Sequence record: NZ_CP092111.1 | DNA: 64,000 nucleotides | Direction: 5' to 3' (one strand) | DNA from: a plasmid | In this document: in pieces, positions 9,057 to 18,959 of the stretch | Numbering within the stretch: the stretch's first letter is position 1 | Layout of the letters: each line of letters opens with the position of its first letter | Notes under the pieces: generated by a model | What the model was told of the DNA's origin: nothing | The model's input: the letters and a program-made list of their open reading frames with translations, nothing else | The model's database searches: none | Program-made: the position numbers and the translations under genes

Positions 9057-9632
9057 ATGGAATTCACAATTTCAGAGCGTCCAAATAATATCTTTTACGG
9101 CGATATATGTAAGATTAACGGACAAGGTTGCCTGATCTTTGGTTTTGGCAAGTCAAAGGCTGCCCAAATAGCTTCCTCCGACAATATGATTGCTTATGAT
9201 ATGGCATGTCTTACAAAAGATGATGAGGGAACTTTATATGGTCACTTTGAAACCGAAATTCGAGCCAAAGGAATTAGTGATCCAATAAAAGAAAGAATTG
9301 AGATTAAACACTTTTTAAGAATGCTTGATCAGGAAGAAACAAACAAATTGCTTTGGATCAACCCTCATTTAAAGGAACTTGATAGACTAATTGAAATACC
9401 TTATGAGAACTTCATTGAAATTTCTCAATTCAATATTACTTTTACAGCCCCAGCTGATTTTCCATTTAGACCCGAAGGATTGCCTGAAATTGAAAGAGAT
9501 CCTCAAAAGAGAATAGAACACTTTATCAAGCTGTCAAAGGATTCAAATGTCCGTACTTTTGTGGTACCGTGGAGAGAAACTGTTGAGGAAAAAGCTGTAA
9601 TGATTAAAGAGGCTTTTGGTTTGCAGCCTTAA
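9057..9632 (+). CDS. hypothetical protein (191 aa)
   Basis: ORF; SD aaaggag 8 nt upstream of ATG 9057. Confidence 0.4.
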   Translation: MEFTISERPNNIFYGDICKINGQGCLIFGFGKSKAAQIASSDNMIAYDMACLTKDDEGTLYGHFETEIRAKGISDPIKERIEIKHFLRMLDQEETNKLLWINPHLKELDRLIEIPYENFIEISQFNITFTAPADFPFRPEGLPEIERDPQKRIEHFIKLSKDSNVRTFVVPWRETVEEKAVMIKEAFGLQP

Positions 9633-9660
9633 AGGATTGGAGGGATTCTGTCGCTTGTCC

Positions 9661-9795
9661 AAAAAAAGTAAGAACGCCCCAGACTCCGACATCTAGGCGT
9701 TCCTACCGTTGATTGGAATAAAAGCCGACTCCCTTACAGGAGCTATTCTATTGCCGATCGGAGATGTTAGCAGCATCTTCGATCTTTTTGTATTA
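9661..9795. repeat. Left arm of ~135-bp imperfect inverted repeat (partner 11325..11460)
   Basis: Reverse complement of 11325-11460 aligns. Conserved core: aaagccgaNctcccttacNggagc...ctattgccgatcggagatgttagcNgcatcttcgatcttttt plus the terminal gtaagaNcgcccc. Confidence 0.7.
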
Positions 9796-9962
9796 CAGTA
9801 TACTCTTATTGTATCAACGAACCTTTAAGCATGTCTATATTTATTACAGGTGTTTTCTGCTGATTGATGAGAAAATGCTGTACGTTCATAGCCGTCTATG
9901 GAAGCGTGGTAGGAGTTGATTTCCTTAGAAATGTGTTACTATCTTGGGTGAAGGTGAGGATT

Positions 9963-10397
9963 ATGAAACAAGTAAATTTATATATAAGGACTCATCAAGT
10001 AAGGAATTTAGAAAATGTAAGAATAAAATACATAGGCTGTCTGTTACTAGAATATAAGGGGAAACGTAAGTACGTGTTCATTGATAATGTGGGGGAACGT
10101 GATCAAAGGGCTTCAATGTTGAGGTTGGTATGTAGTGGACTGAAAATGTTGAAAGAACCTTGTGAGATACTGGTTTTGACGCTAAATGATATTGAAAAGA
10201 AGTGGAAGAAATATAGTGACTTATGGAATGAAGTAAATGAGCGTGTAGTTGCTGGAGGGCATGATTTAAGTTTTAAGGTCTGTAAAAATTCTGATGAGGA
10301 TACAGGAGAAGTATTCAAAATATTTAAGAGTAAGTTAGATCGTTATAAGAGGTCATATAAAAACAGGCTCAAGCTTCATTTGATGCATAGCAAATAA
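9963..10397 (+). CDS. hypothetical protein
   Basis: ORF inside the IR-flanked cassette; start chosen at ATG after aaggtgagg. Confidence 0.35.
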   Translation: MKQVNLYIRTHQVRNLENVRIKYIGCLLLEYKGKRKYVFIDNVGERDQRASMLRLVCSGLKMLKEPCEILVLTLNDIEKKWKKYSDLWNEVNERVVAGGHDLSFKVCKNSDEDTGEVFKIFKSKLDRYKRSYKNRLKLHLMHSK

Positions 10398-10496
10398 ATT
10401 CTATGTTAAGATAAAAAAAACAAAAGAGTTAAGTTTTCCATGGAAGAAGAGATGTTTTTTCATCTTGCCGATTCTATTTTTTTGTGAGGTGATTTT

Positions 10497-10748
10497 ATGG
10501 CGACTGCAGAAAGGCAAGCAAAGCAATCAGAAGTAAAAAAGAAACCTTCTCAACATAGTGTTCAGAATCAATATTTACAAAGGCATGTGGGTCATACGCT
10601 TGTATGCTTGTTAAATTCTAAAACTAAAGTGAAAGGAAAGCTTCTGGAATATGATACATACACACTGTTACTGGAAACGCCAGAAGGTGAAGAGTTTTTA
10701 GTGTTTAAACACCATATTGAGCTTATTAAAAAGATCAAGGCGGAATAA
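10497..10748 (+). CDS. hfq: Hfq-like Sm-fold RNA chaperone paralog
   Basis: LQRHVGHTLVCLLNSKTKVKGKLLEYDTYTLLLETPEGEEFLVFKHHIELI matches the Hfq Sm1/Sm2 pattern (FLN..R...V.v.L.NG..l.G.i..fD.ftvLL....q.L.yKHAIst). Confidence 0.7.
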   Translation: MATAERQAKQSEVKKKPSQHSVQNQYLQRHVGHTLVCLLNSKTKVKGKLLEYDTYTLLLETPEGEEFLVFKHHIELIKKIKAE

Positions 10749-10769
10749 AAGCCGTTTTTTTATAGTTAG

Positions 10770-11060
10770 TAAATGGCTCTCCGCGGGCGACAGCTCCAGG
10801 AGTCTGCCGGTGGCCACCGGCCATCGATGAAAAAACGCCAGGCGTTCACGGTCCGCCTTGTGGAAGCGTGGCAGCTGAATATGAAGAACAGCCGGCTTTT
10901 TTTGTGGCCAGGAAGGGCTCTCTTCGGGCGACAGTTGCAGGAATTCCGCCGGTGCCCCCGGTGATCGATGAGAAAACGCGGGGCGTTTACGGTTGCCTGC
11001 GAAGTTCAGCAGCTGAAGGTGAAAGGAAGACGGGAATACCCCGCTAGAGGCCGCCGCCAG
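10770..11060. repeat. REP-like elements, family 1
   Basis: Same family-1 hairpin blocks as 4140..4420. Confidence 0.7.
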
Positions 11061-11066
11061 TAAGGA

Positions 11067-11100
11067 AAGACCCCTGCCTCACATGAGACAGGGGTCTTAA
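11067..11100 (+). terminator. stem-loop terminator (agacccctg...caggggtct)
   Basis: 9-bp perfect stem. Confidence 0.45.
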
Positions 11101-11214
11101 ATTTCCTCAGCCGGCTGGTTTTTAGGTTCCTCGTTTTGTTCTTCTATTGGTACACTTTTTGGGGTGATTTTTGGAACATCAAATACGTCTAGCTTCTGGA
11201 CATGCTGTGATTTT

Positions 11215-11285
11215 GTTGATACAATCAATGTGTAAATGAATACAATGTATGTAAATGAATACAATGTATGTAAATGAGTATAATG
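11215..11285. repeat. tandem repeat, ~22-bp unit x3 (atgtaaatgaatacaatgt)
   Basis: Seen directly in the sequence. Confidence 0.8.
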
Positions 11286-11324
11286 TATACAAAAGAGACT
11301 ATAATAAAGAAAAAGATCGAAGAT

Positions 11325-11460
11325 GCGGCTAACATCTCCGATCGGCAATAGGAGGCTCCGGTAAGGGAGTTCGGCTTTTTCCAAAGTTTAATTTAAAGTG
11401 AGAACGTCATGATTGGTAGTCGGGGCGTCTTACTTTTTTTGTTCGAGAAACTATGGGCAA
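11325..11460. repeat. Right arm of the inverted repeat pair (partner 9661..9795)
   Basis: See 9661..9795. Confidence 0.7.
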
Positions 11461-11559
11461 GCGTCAAAATCCCAACAATCAGGATTCCAAATTGAAACAT
11501 CAATCCAAGTGCGCTTTCTACTGCCATATTCTCACTTCCCCTCTTTCTGGAGGTGACTC

Positions 11560-11900
11560 CTATCCTTTTAGGTGGGGGTTATCAATGCTCGCCAGATGAA
11601 GGAACTGACGGCGCCCTTGGCGATTGATGAGAAAACACTAGGCGTTCAGGGCCTGCCTGCAGAAGAGAACAGCTGAATGTGAACGAGAGCCGGTGCCCGT
11701 TGAAGGGCAGCCGGCTTTTTTATGGCCAAGAACGCCCTGCCGCGGTCGCCTGCTGAAGGAATCTGCCGGTGCCCCCGGTGATCGATGAGAAAACGCGGGG
11801 GGGTCAAAGTCCGTCTGTAGAAGCGAATAGCTGAATATGAACGAGAGCCGGTGCCCGCTGGAGGGCAGCCGGCTTTTTTGTGGCCAGGAACGCCTCGCCG
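11560..11900. repeat. REP-like elements, family 1
   Basis: Same family-1 hairpin blocks as 4140..4420. Confidence 0.7.
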
Positions 11901-12102
11901 TGGTCGCCAGCAGCCAGAAATCTGCTCGGTATATGCGTGTCAATAGGTGCGGGGGTGACTCACATCGCTTGCCCCGTATCTATTGGATAAGTCGACTAAT
12001 CATAATGTTTGTAAAAAAAGAGCGAATGACGGGGATTCACCTTTGATAATGTCAACTGAAAATAAAAGGTAAAGTGTCTTTACCATTGAATTATAAAATG
12101 AG

Positions 12103-12669
12103 GTGATGAACGCAATGATAAACGATAAGGAACATATGAATGAGTACGGCTATTTTGCTAAGGATGTTGCAGCCGATTTGAGTGTGACATCTTCAACACT
12201 AAGGCGGTGGTCCCTGGAGTTAGAGAAGCATGGATATGTATTTGAAAGAAATGAAAAGGAGCAGAGGATTTATTTTGAACGCGATTTTAAAACGTTCAGA
12301 GAACTTAAAAGACTTTTATCAAACTCTGTCCCGTTTGTAGACGCAATAAAAGCTGTTGCAGTAACCAAAACTGACGAGACAAACGCGTCAAGAACGCAAG
12401 GCGTTTTTTTCGATAGGCGTTTATCAGAGCAACAATTTAGAGAGATTATAAACGAAGAAGTAAAGGCAGCTATGGCGGAAGAGAGAGAAATGATGTTTCG
12501 AGCATTTGAAAAGAAGTTAGATAACATTATCGAACGTCGGGACCGTTCCCTAATGCATGAGATTCGAAAAAATAGAGAAAGGCAGCTTCTTGAAACGGCA
12601 GCTACTGTGGAGACTCCAAGTAAGTCTGCAGAGAAAAAGTCTTTTTGGAGGCGTATATTTTACAAATAA
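12103..12669 (+). CDS. MerR/excisionase-type HTH DNA-binding protein; paralog of 14783..15343
   Basis: YGYFAKDVAADLSVTSSTLRRWSLELEKHGYVFERNEKEQRIYFERD is HTH-like; the N-terminal 100 aa are about 55% identical to the other copy. Confidence 0.55.
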   Translation: MMNAMINDKEHMNEYGYFAKDVAADLSVTSSTLRRWSLELEKHGYVFERNEKEQRIYFERDFKTFRELKRLLSNSVPFVDAIKAVAVTKTDETNASRTQGVFFDRRLSEQQFREIINEEVKAAMAEEREMMFRAFEKKLDNIIERRDRSLMHEIRKNRERQLLETAATVETPSKSAEKKSFWRRIFYK

Positions 12670-12898
12670 GAGTATGGTCAAGAAAAAAAGCCCCAGAGGG
12701 CTTTTAATCTTCAGTGAAATTTTTAGATGAGAATGCTTGCCCGAATTGTGGCAACTTCTTTTTGGGTGATTTCTTTTGATTCTTTGTTGTTTTTGATGAT
12801 TTTTTATTTACTTGGTTATCAGTTGTTTTAGTTTTTGGAGAGGAAGACTCCATACCAGCATTTTTTACGTATTCATGCAGTACGTGGCGTACAAAGCC

Positions 12899-13927
12899 TC
12901 ATTCAAATACTAAAGACTTTGCGGTTTGAACGAGGCTGCTTATCCCTCTACTATCTGTCAAAGTGAATGGTTTTTCATACTTTTTTGCAAATTCTTTTGC
13001 TTTTTCTGCTGTGGGATGATTGATGTTTAATTTCATAGTGATTAACATGTCACAACTTTTAACCATACTTTCAAGCCGTTTGGTATTTTCATTGCCGTAA
13101 GCATGGATAAGCACTCCTCCGACACTCGTTATTGCTTTTTCAAATTCACTCGTTCTGGTACCACCTAACACTAGTACCTTTTTTCCGTTCAATTCATTTG
13201 TTATTGTGGTATCTAATTTAGGATTTTTAGTTTTATAATGGGAAGAAGGAGAAGGTGGAGCATGTTTGATTTCATCCGTATTATGTTTCCATATCACTTT
13301 GAACACATCTACATTGTCACTGTAATAAGCTATATCAACAACTGAACCGATCTCAAGATCCTCCCTTGTTCTTGTATCGTCATTGATAAGAAAAGTATGT
13401 GGTGCATCATTATATTTTATGGATTTGATTTTTCCATCGTTATCTAAGTATTCAGAGGCAACTAGCATAGAATCGCGATTTGATAGAACACAATAATTTA
13501 ATTGAATTCGGTTTGTTTGCTTGCGTTTTTTGGCCTTTTCTATTAACTCAAAATAAAATTTTTCGTTTCCTAAATGGACTGCTGAAATTAAATCTCCATC
13601 TTCAAATTGTTGTTTTCGTATAATGTTTTCGGGAACATATAAATTAATCTCTTCTATAATTCCTCCTTTTAAAAGTCTTTTAAATTCATAACAATTTATC
13701 TGTTTTGCTTTTTCGTCTGTCTCTTCTAGTTGAATATGTTCCACATCATTTTTTGAGCATGGTTCTAATTCATGTGAAACCGATACTTTTAAAGCAGCTA
13801 AGCTCTTAATAAAATGAAAATAGGTGGATAATTCACCTTCAATTTCTTCCACGTTGTCCAGTGTCAGTTTTTGAATTATCTTTCCCATCTCACAAACGGC
13901 TTCCTGAGCTATATTTTGTCTGTTCAT
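12899..13927 (-). CDS. hypothetical protein with C-terminal DUF2325-like domain; paralog of 63126..63986
   Basis: C-terminus KKVLVLGGTRTSEFEKAITSVGGVLIHAYGNENTKRLESMVKSCDMLITMKLNINHPTAEKAKEFAKKYEKPF recalls the DUF2325 pattern. Family assignment is from memory. Confidence 0.45.
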   Translation of the reverse strand: MNRQNIAQEAVCEMGKIIQKLTLDNVEEIEGELSTYFHFIKSLAALKVSVSHELEPCSKNDVEHIQLEETDEKAKQINCYEFKRLLKGGIIEEINLYVPENIIRKQQFEDGDLISAVHLGNEKFYFELIEKAKKRKQTNRIQLNYCVLSNRDSMLVASEYLDNDGKIKSIKYNDAPHTFLINDDTRTREDLEIGSVVDIAYYSDNVDVFKVIWKHNTDEIKHAPPSPSSHYKTKNPKLDTTITNELNGKKVLVLGGTRTSEFEKAITSVGGVLIHAYGNENTKRLESMVKSCDMLITMKLNINHPTAEKAKEFAKKYEKPFTLTDSRGISSLVQTAKSLVFE

Positions 13928-14782
13928 GGCTATCCCCTCTCTTTAATTTAATAACTTCACTTTAAGAATACAGTATCTACATGAGATATGATACTTCATA
14001 AATGAAGAGAAGCCCTTGATAAAGGGCAATGAATCTTTAATGAATAAGGTCGTGATAAATGATAAAAATAATTATATAATTGAACTGCACACAATCATGG
14101 CCAATGGTGGTCAGACCTTTGGCCATATAGAATACTTATCTTTTTTTAAAGGAAAAACTGATTTTGAACTCAGTTTCTCCTTTTTTTATTTGTTTTAATG
14201 TCTGTGCTAAGTATAAAAGCATTACTAAAAACAAAAGGATAAACACAGCCCACCAGGGCATATCTGATACTCTAGATAACAGCGATTCTATGAAAATTTG
14301 AAAACCATTGAACATTTCTTCACCTCCCATAATATTATTATATTGGTTTTTGAGAAATTCAAAAAAAGAAACCGTTTACTTCCGGATGGGGAAATGTATT
14401 TATTTTGAAATAGTCAACTGGTAGTATATATTACAGGGGGGGTGATTTGGGGGTGACGAAAGGGGCCTCGAAAGATAAGAATAGATTTACTGAATGGAAA
14501 AGCTCTTTTTGCCTATTTATTTTCCTTTTAGACTTAAAGAAGCTTCCTCTTCCTTCAGAAGCTTTAAATTGGGAGTTGAATAAGCTGAGAACTGAAATCC
14601 GTTTGATGCTTGAAAAACATAACGAAATATCAAATGAAAATTAAGGTGTTTGGTGTGATTAATTTAAAAAAGGGCCATACAGCCGAAGTTAAGATATTTA
14701 GTCTTTGGCCCGCTCTTATTTTGGTAAGGAAAGGGTCAAGAAGGGTTTTATAAGGTGTGAGTGTTCTGAAGAAAAGGGTGAA

Positions 14783-15343
14783 CTAAGTTTTTGAAAATAA
14801 ACGTTTCCAAAAACCGGATCTTTTTTTAGAATCGACGGCAGCTGCTATTTCAGGTTTTTTCTGTGCTCTATTTTCTTGGATTGCCTTTAATAATTGGCGA
14901 TCTCTTCTTTCAATTTCATTATTCATTTTGGATTCTAAGATCGTAAGAAATGTTTCTCTTTCCTCTTCTAATGCTGTTTTCAACTGTTCGCTAATCAGTT
15001 GTCTTAGCTCATTGCTAGAAAGGACAATATGTTTTTCATTGCTATCATGTAACTCAGTGGAGTTATAGTGTTGCTCCTTTTTGGCGACTGTACTCCTAAC
15101 AGCATTATTAAGTGGCACTGACGATGATAGGAGTTGCTGAAGTGATTTTAAACAGTTAATATCATTTTGAAAATATATTCGTTGATCCTGGTCGTTCCGT
15201 GTAAAAGTGTAGCCGGCCTTTTCCATTTCAATGGACCATCTTCTAAGTGTAGAGGGTGTTATTTTTAATTTATGTGCCACGTCTTTTGAAAAAAAGCCAT
15301 ATTCTCCTCTATGATTAGTTTCACTTGACATAAAATAAATCAC
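14783..15343 (-). CDS. MerR/excisionase-type HTH DNA-binding protein, paralog of 12103..12669
   Basis: YGFFSKDVAHKLKITPSTLRRWSIEMEKAGYTFTRNDQDQRIYFQND. Confidence 0.55.
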   Translation of the reverse strand: MIYFMSSETNHRGEYGFFSKDVAHKLKITPSTLRRWSIEMEKAGYTFTRNDQDQRIYFQNDINCLKSLQQLLSSSVPLNNAVRSTVAKKEQHYNSTELHDSNEKHIVLSSNELRQLISEQLKTALEEERETFLTILESKMNNEIERRDRQLLKAIQENRAQKKPEIAAAVDSKKRSGFWKRLFSKT

Positions 15344-15419
15344 CTCATTTATCTATTCAACCTTATTTTTACTATCCCTTTAAATCCTAATAAAATAGAC
15401 ATATTTGAGTGGTACTCCA

Positions 15420-16210
15420 AAAGAAAACGCCCCCCGTTTACGGGGCGATCGGGAAAGCACTGGCAGCGCCGCGCCATGAAATCTCTGCGGCTCATTGAAG
15501 CTGCGGGGCAGCCGGATTCCGGAGCCGGCCAGGCGCTGGCTTTTTTGTGGGCAGGGCAGGCAACGGGCTGCCCTGGCTGCAGCTGAAGGAGATCCGCGGC
15601 TGTCGGTTCCGATGTGGCGCCGGCAGGAGAGCATCTAAGGCGAGAACGCCCCGCGTTTACGAAGCGATCGGGAATGTACCGGCAGCGCCGCGCCGTGAAA
15701 TCTCCGCGGCTCATTGAAGCTGCGGGGCAACCGGATTCCGGAGCCGGCCAGGCGCTGGCTTTTTTGTGGGCAGGGCAGGCAACGGGCCGCTCTGGCTGCA
15801 GCTGAAGGAGATCCGCGGCTGTCGGTTCCGATGTGGCGCCGGCAGGAGAGCATCTAAGGCGAGAACGCCCCGCGTTTACGAAGCGATCGGGAATGTACCG
15901 GCAGCGCCGCGTCGTGAAATCTCCGCGGCTCATCAAAGCTGCGGGCAACCGGATTCGGGAACCGCCCAGGCGCCGACAGGAGAGCATCTGAAGGCGAAAA
16001 CACCCCGCGTTTACGGAGCGATCAGGGCTGCATCAGAGCGCGCCGCGCCGTAAAATCTCCGCGGCTCATTGAAGCTGCGGGGCAGCCGGATTCCGGAGCC
16101 GGCCAGGCACTGGCTTTTTTGTGGGCAGGGCAGGCAACGGGCTGCCCTGGCTGCGGCTGAAGGAGATCCGCGGCCGTCGGTCCTGATACGGCGCCGGCAG
16201 GACGGGATTA
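15420..16210. repeat. REP-like array, family 1, ~220-bp period, about 3.5 units
   Basis: The block gagaacgccccgcgtttacg recurs at 15641, 15861 and 15986; gccggcttttttgtgggcagggcaggcaacggg recurs likewise. Confidence 0.8.
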
Positions 16211-16319
16211 GCCGTCAATTGCATAAAATAAAATATAGACCAGCAGAAAAAGAGCATATTTAAACCCAATATGCTCTAGTGCTGAACGGAATATAAGTCA
16301 TCTATAAAGGAGGGATGTA

Positions 16320-17075
16320 TTACCGTTTAACTAAGGTTTCATTACAGTCTCCGCACACAATGTTGACATTTTCCTTATATGAAATAACTCTTATTTCGCA
16401 ATTAGGACACAACCATTTATGGGATTTAGATTTTGTTTTCAAAAGAGCCGGTTGCTGCTCTGATGATTCGCAGATCTGTGCTGCTTGTTCAGGCGTTTTT
16501 CCATCTGCTAATAACTGAAAATACATATAGCCGCGTTTTGATATAGAAAAGATTTTTTGATTGATATCCATTTTTGATATACACTCTTTCAAAGCCGGGC
16601 CTATACGTGCGAAGGTCCAACCCATTCTTGGATGCGGCCTGTTGTCTGAATATTCGAACCCTAATTCAAGTACCTTATCTCTAAATATTTTGTTGTGATA
16701 TTCCCCTTTTCGGCTAGTGTCTTTAATGCCTTTTACTTTGTGGTATAAGTGAACCATTTCATGAAGCAAGGTATCCATGGTTTCAAAGAAATCTAAGTCT
16801 AGAAATTCAGCAGCCAAATTCAATTCATACATTTGGTGTTTTCCATCTTTTGTTCCCCAGTTAGGTACCGTGGAACACCATCCCATTGCATTTCTGTTAT
16901 TCTTGTTTGTTTGGATTGTAATAGCTGGAACAGGAAGTATTCCAGCAAAAAAATGATTGTTGAATATATCAAAGGCTTTATGTAGTTCAGAGGTGACGTC
17001 TTCAATTGTTATTAGCTGATCTGAGGGCGATACTTCGTTCATAAAGAAAACTTCTCCCCTTTCTTTTGAGAGCAA
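16320..17075 (-). CDS. SprT-like zinc metallopeptidase domain protein with C-terminal zinc ribbon
   Basis: LHEMVHLYH (HExxH) in SprT-like context; C-terminal CPNC...CGDC. Confidence 0.65.
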   Translation of the reverse strand: MLSKERGEVFFMNEVSPSDQLITIEDVTSELHKAFDIFNNHFFAGILPVPAITIQTNKNNRNAMGWCSTVPNWGTKDGKHQMYELNLAAEFLDLDFFETMDTLLHEMVHLYHKVKGIKDTSRKGEYHNKIFRDKVLELGFEYSDNRPHPRMGWTFARIGPALKECISKMDINQKIFSISKRGYMYFQLLADGKTPEQAAQICESSEQQPALLKTKSKSHKWLCPNCEIRVISYKENVNIVCGDCNETLVKR

Positions 17076-17180
17076 GGTCTCAAAATTTTGGAATAAAATA
17101 GGGTGTTACTGAGGGCGATTGTAGTGCAATTATCTTTTCCTTTTACGTATATCCAGTTTAGAGTGGCTTATTTCTTTTGT

Positions 17181-17213
17181 ATAAAAAGCCTCTTCCATAG
17201 AGGCTTTTTATAC
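17181..17213. terminator. bidirectional stem-loop terminator (aaagcctct...agaggcttttt)
   Basis: Perfect stem flanked by A and T runs. Confidence 0.5.
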
Positions 17214-17218
17214 ATTGA

Positions 17219-17608
17219 TTAAAAATCATTAGGATCTACTGCATTATCATAATCTAGTTCTGGAACGTCATCTTCATCAATATTGAGGTTAGATACAGTT
17301 TTCTTCGGTGTTTCCATTTCTTGTGTTCCAGTCGGTGTTTCTTCAGCTTGCGATCCGATGTTGGAATTAAAATTCAAGCTTGGTAAATCTCCATGTAGTA
17401 AGCGTTCTGTATCTAGCGTGATTTTTTTTCTGATTTCATAAGATGTAATATCAGCTTCAGAACCGAAGCGATCAATGAAAGCCCTTATCATTAAAGTCAA
17501 GGATTCGGCGATATTGGATTGACTCTCTAACCACTCATTTACAGGTTCTCGATCCTCTTCTTTTATTCGATACAGATAACTTTTCCGCGGCTCTTTCTCT
17601 TTTCCCAT
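17219..17608 (-). CDS. putative partition adaptor / centromere-binding protein (Alp7R-like position), acidic C-terminus
   Basis: Directly downstream of the actin-like ATPase in the same operon; size 129 aa. Confidence 0.4.
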   Translation of the reverse strand: MGKEKEPRKSYLYRIKEEDREPVNEWLESQSNIAESLTLMIRAFIDRFGSEADITSYEIRKKITLDTERLLHGDLPSLNFNSNIGSQAEETPTGTQEMETPKKTVSNLNIDEDDVPELDYDNAVDPNDF

Positions 17609-17612
17609 AGGA

Positions 17613-18914
17613 TTATACCTCTAGTTTTTTAGTTTCTTCTTTAGTCTCTGGTTTGAATTTCTTCTTTGTTTTTAAGAAGATACGCTTATTCATTATGTTA
17701 AGACCAAGGACATTCATATCTGCGGCATATTCTTCGGGAATCCATAGTAATTGTGCCTTCACTTCATCAGCAAATTCCTTCAATTCTTTATAAAGCTCGT
17801 CTTTAAAAGTAACGCTGCCGCCGCCATAAACAGCAAATATCTCAGCTTGCGAAGATGTGTTTCTGATATATGTCTCTTGAATATCTTCAAGGATTAGCGT
17901 TGCTTGTGAAATAATTGCTTCATCCATACAATTTCTTGCCTCGGCATAATACTTATCCATCTTATTACGTAGTGTTTCCGCAAGCTGTTGTCTATTCAAT
18001 TCTACATTTCCATTGAATTGATCTTTTAACAGCTCAGAGGCTTCTTCGAGTGCGTGTCCTACCCCTCTCCTTGCCCCAGTACATGCATCTGAAATAGGTT
18101 GCATGCCTTCCGTATAAATGTATTCACTTGTTCCATCTCCAATATCAGCATGGAGAATCTTTTTTTTCGCGAAGAATTTCCCACCTATGTTCTTTTCGCT
18201 TTCTTTATGATATGTCTTATTGAATTCTTCAAAATATTCATTAGGGCCTTCCAATATAGCATATAACGATGGAACTCCTTCTCTTGTTACTTTTACAAAT
18301 TTGAAGAAGATTTGCACTGTTACTTGTTTATCACCAATATAAAGCACTACAGTGTGGCCATCTTTTTTGAAACGTCCTTCAAGTATCCCCGCTTTTTCAG
18401 CTGAGTATTCGGAGGCCGGTATCGCTGTTGATAGATCACATTGGACATGTAAAGCACTTGGAATAACTGAATTTGCATCGTAATGATCCTTGGTTGCTTT
18501 AGCAGCAATATATGTGAGCAAGTTTATGATGGGGAGGTCTTCTTTATACTTTTTGCCAAGATTTATATTCATGTTTTGAAGAGTTCCGCCTGTTGAGGTT
18601 AATGCCCTCTTTCCGACCATGAAAGAGCCGGCTCTTTTTATAGAAGGACTAGAAACGTTTGCGAACAATTGATCAAAGATATTGGCCATAAGTTTTTTTT
18701 CATTTGTTTCGGTAATTTCCGGTTGTTTAATGATTCTTCTCATAACAGATGGTTCTCGGAGAATAAACTTTTCATCTCGATCAAAAATCATTTTCATTTT
18801 GGAGTTGCCCAAGTCTGCAGCTACCTCAAGCTCTACGTTTGGCACGCTTACAATATTATTATCTTTTTCCGTAATTAGGTTATTCATTGAAAAATACAAC
18901 CACCTTTCGACCAA
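17613..18914 (-). CDS. actin-like ATPase of ParM/Alp7A family (plasmid segregation)
   Basis: Actin-fold phosphate motifs: AADLGNSKMK (phosphate 1), HADIGDGTSE (phosphate 2), VYGGGS (adenosine). Located next to an iteron array. Confidence 0.7.
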   Translation of the reverse strand: MVERWLYFSMNNLITEKDNNIVSVPNVELEVAADLGNSKMKMIFDRDEKFILREPSVMRRIIKQPEITETNEKKLMANIFDQLFANVSSPSIKRAGSFMVGKRALTSTGGTLQNMNINLGKKYKEDLPIINLLTYIAAKATKDHYDANSVIPSALHVQCDLSTAIPASEYSAEKAGILEGRFKKDGHTVVLYIGDKQVTVQIFFKFVKVTREGVPSLYAILEGPNEYFEEFNKTYHKESEKNIGGKFFAKKKILHADIGDGTSEYIYTEGMQPISDACTGARRGVGHALEEASELLKDQFNGNVELNRQQLAETLRNKMDKYYAEARNCMDEAIISQATLILEDIQETYIRNTSSQAEIFAVYGGGSVTFKDELYKELKEFADEVKAQLLWIPEEYAADMNVLGLNIMNKRIFLKTKKKFKPETKEETKKLEV

Positions 18915-18959
18915 TTTTTAATTTTGTTTAGGAATTTTTTTAACTTTTTTCGACTTTTT

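Noticed and set aside
11097-11384. ORF 11097-11384 (minus strand, 95 aa)
   Set aside because: It spans the 22-bp tandem repeat and the right IR arm. Its N-terminus is simply the translation of the IR.
14016-14644. Small ORFs 14016-14198, 14136-14330, 14447-14644
   Set aside because: No SD, an AT-rich intergenic context, and mutually overlapping frames. 14136-14330 (minus) looks membrane-like but has no start context I can defend.
15349-16269. Track ORFs 15349-15987, 15380-15634, 15635-15853, 15614-15805, 15766-16053, 16066-16269, 16069-16263
   Set aside because: They lie entirely within the REP array; the open frames are a by-product of the GC-rich repeats (R/A/P/G-rich translations, overlapping in multiple frames).
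18669-18921. Plus-strand ORFs 18669-18878 and 18682-18921
   Set aside because: They are antisense to the actin-like ATPase gene.
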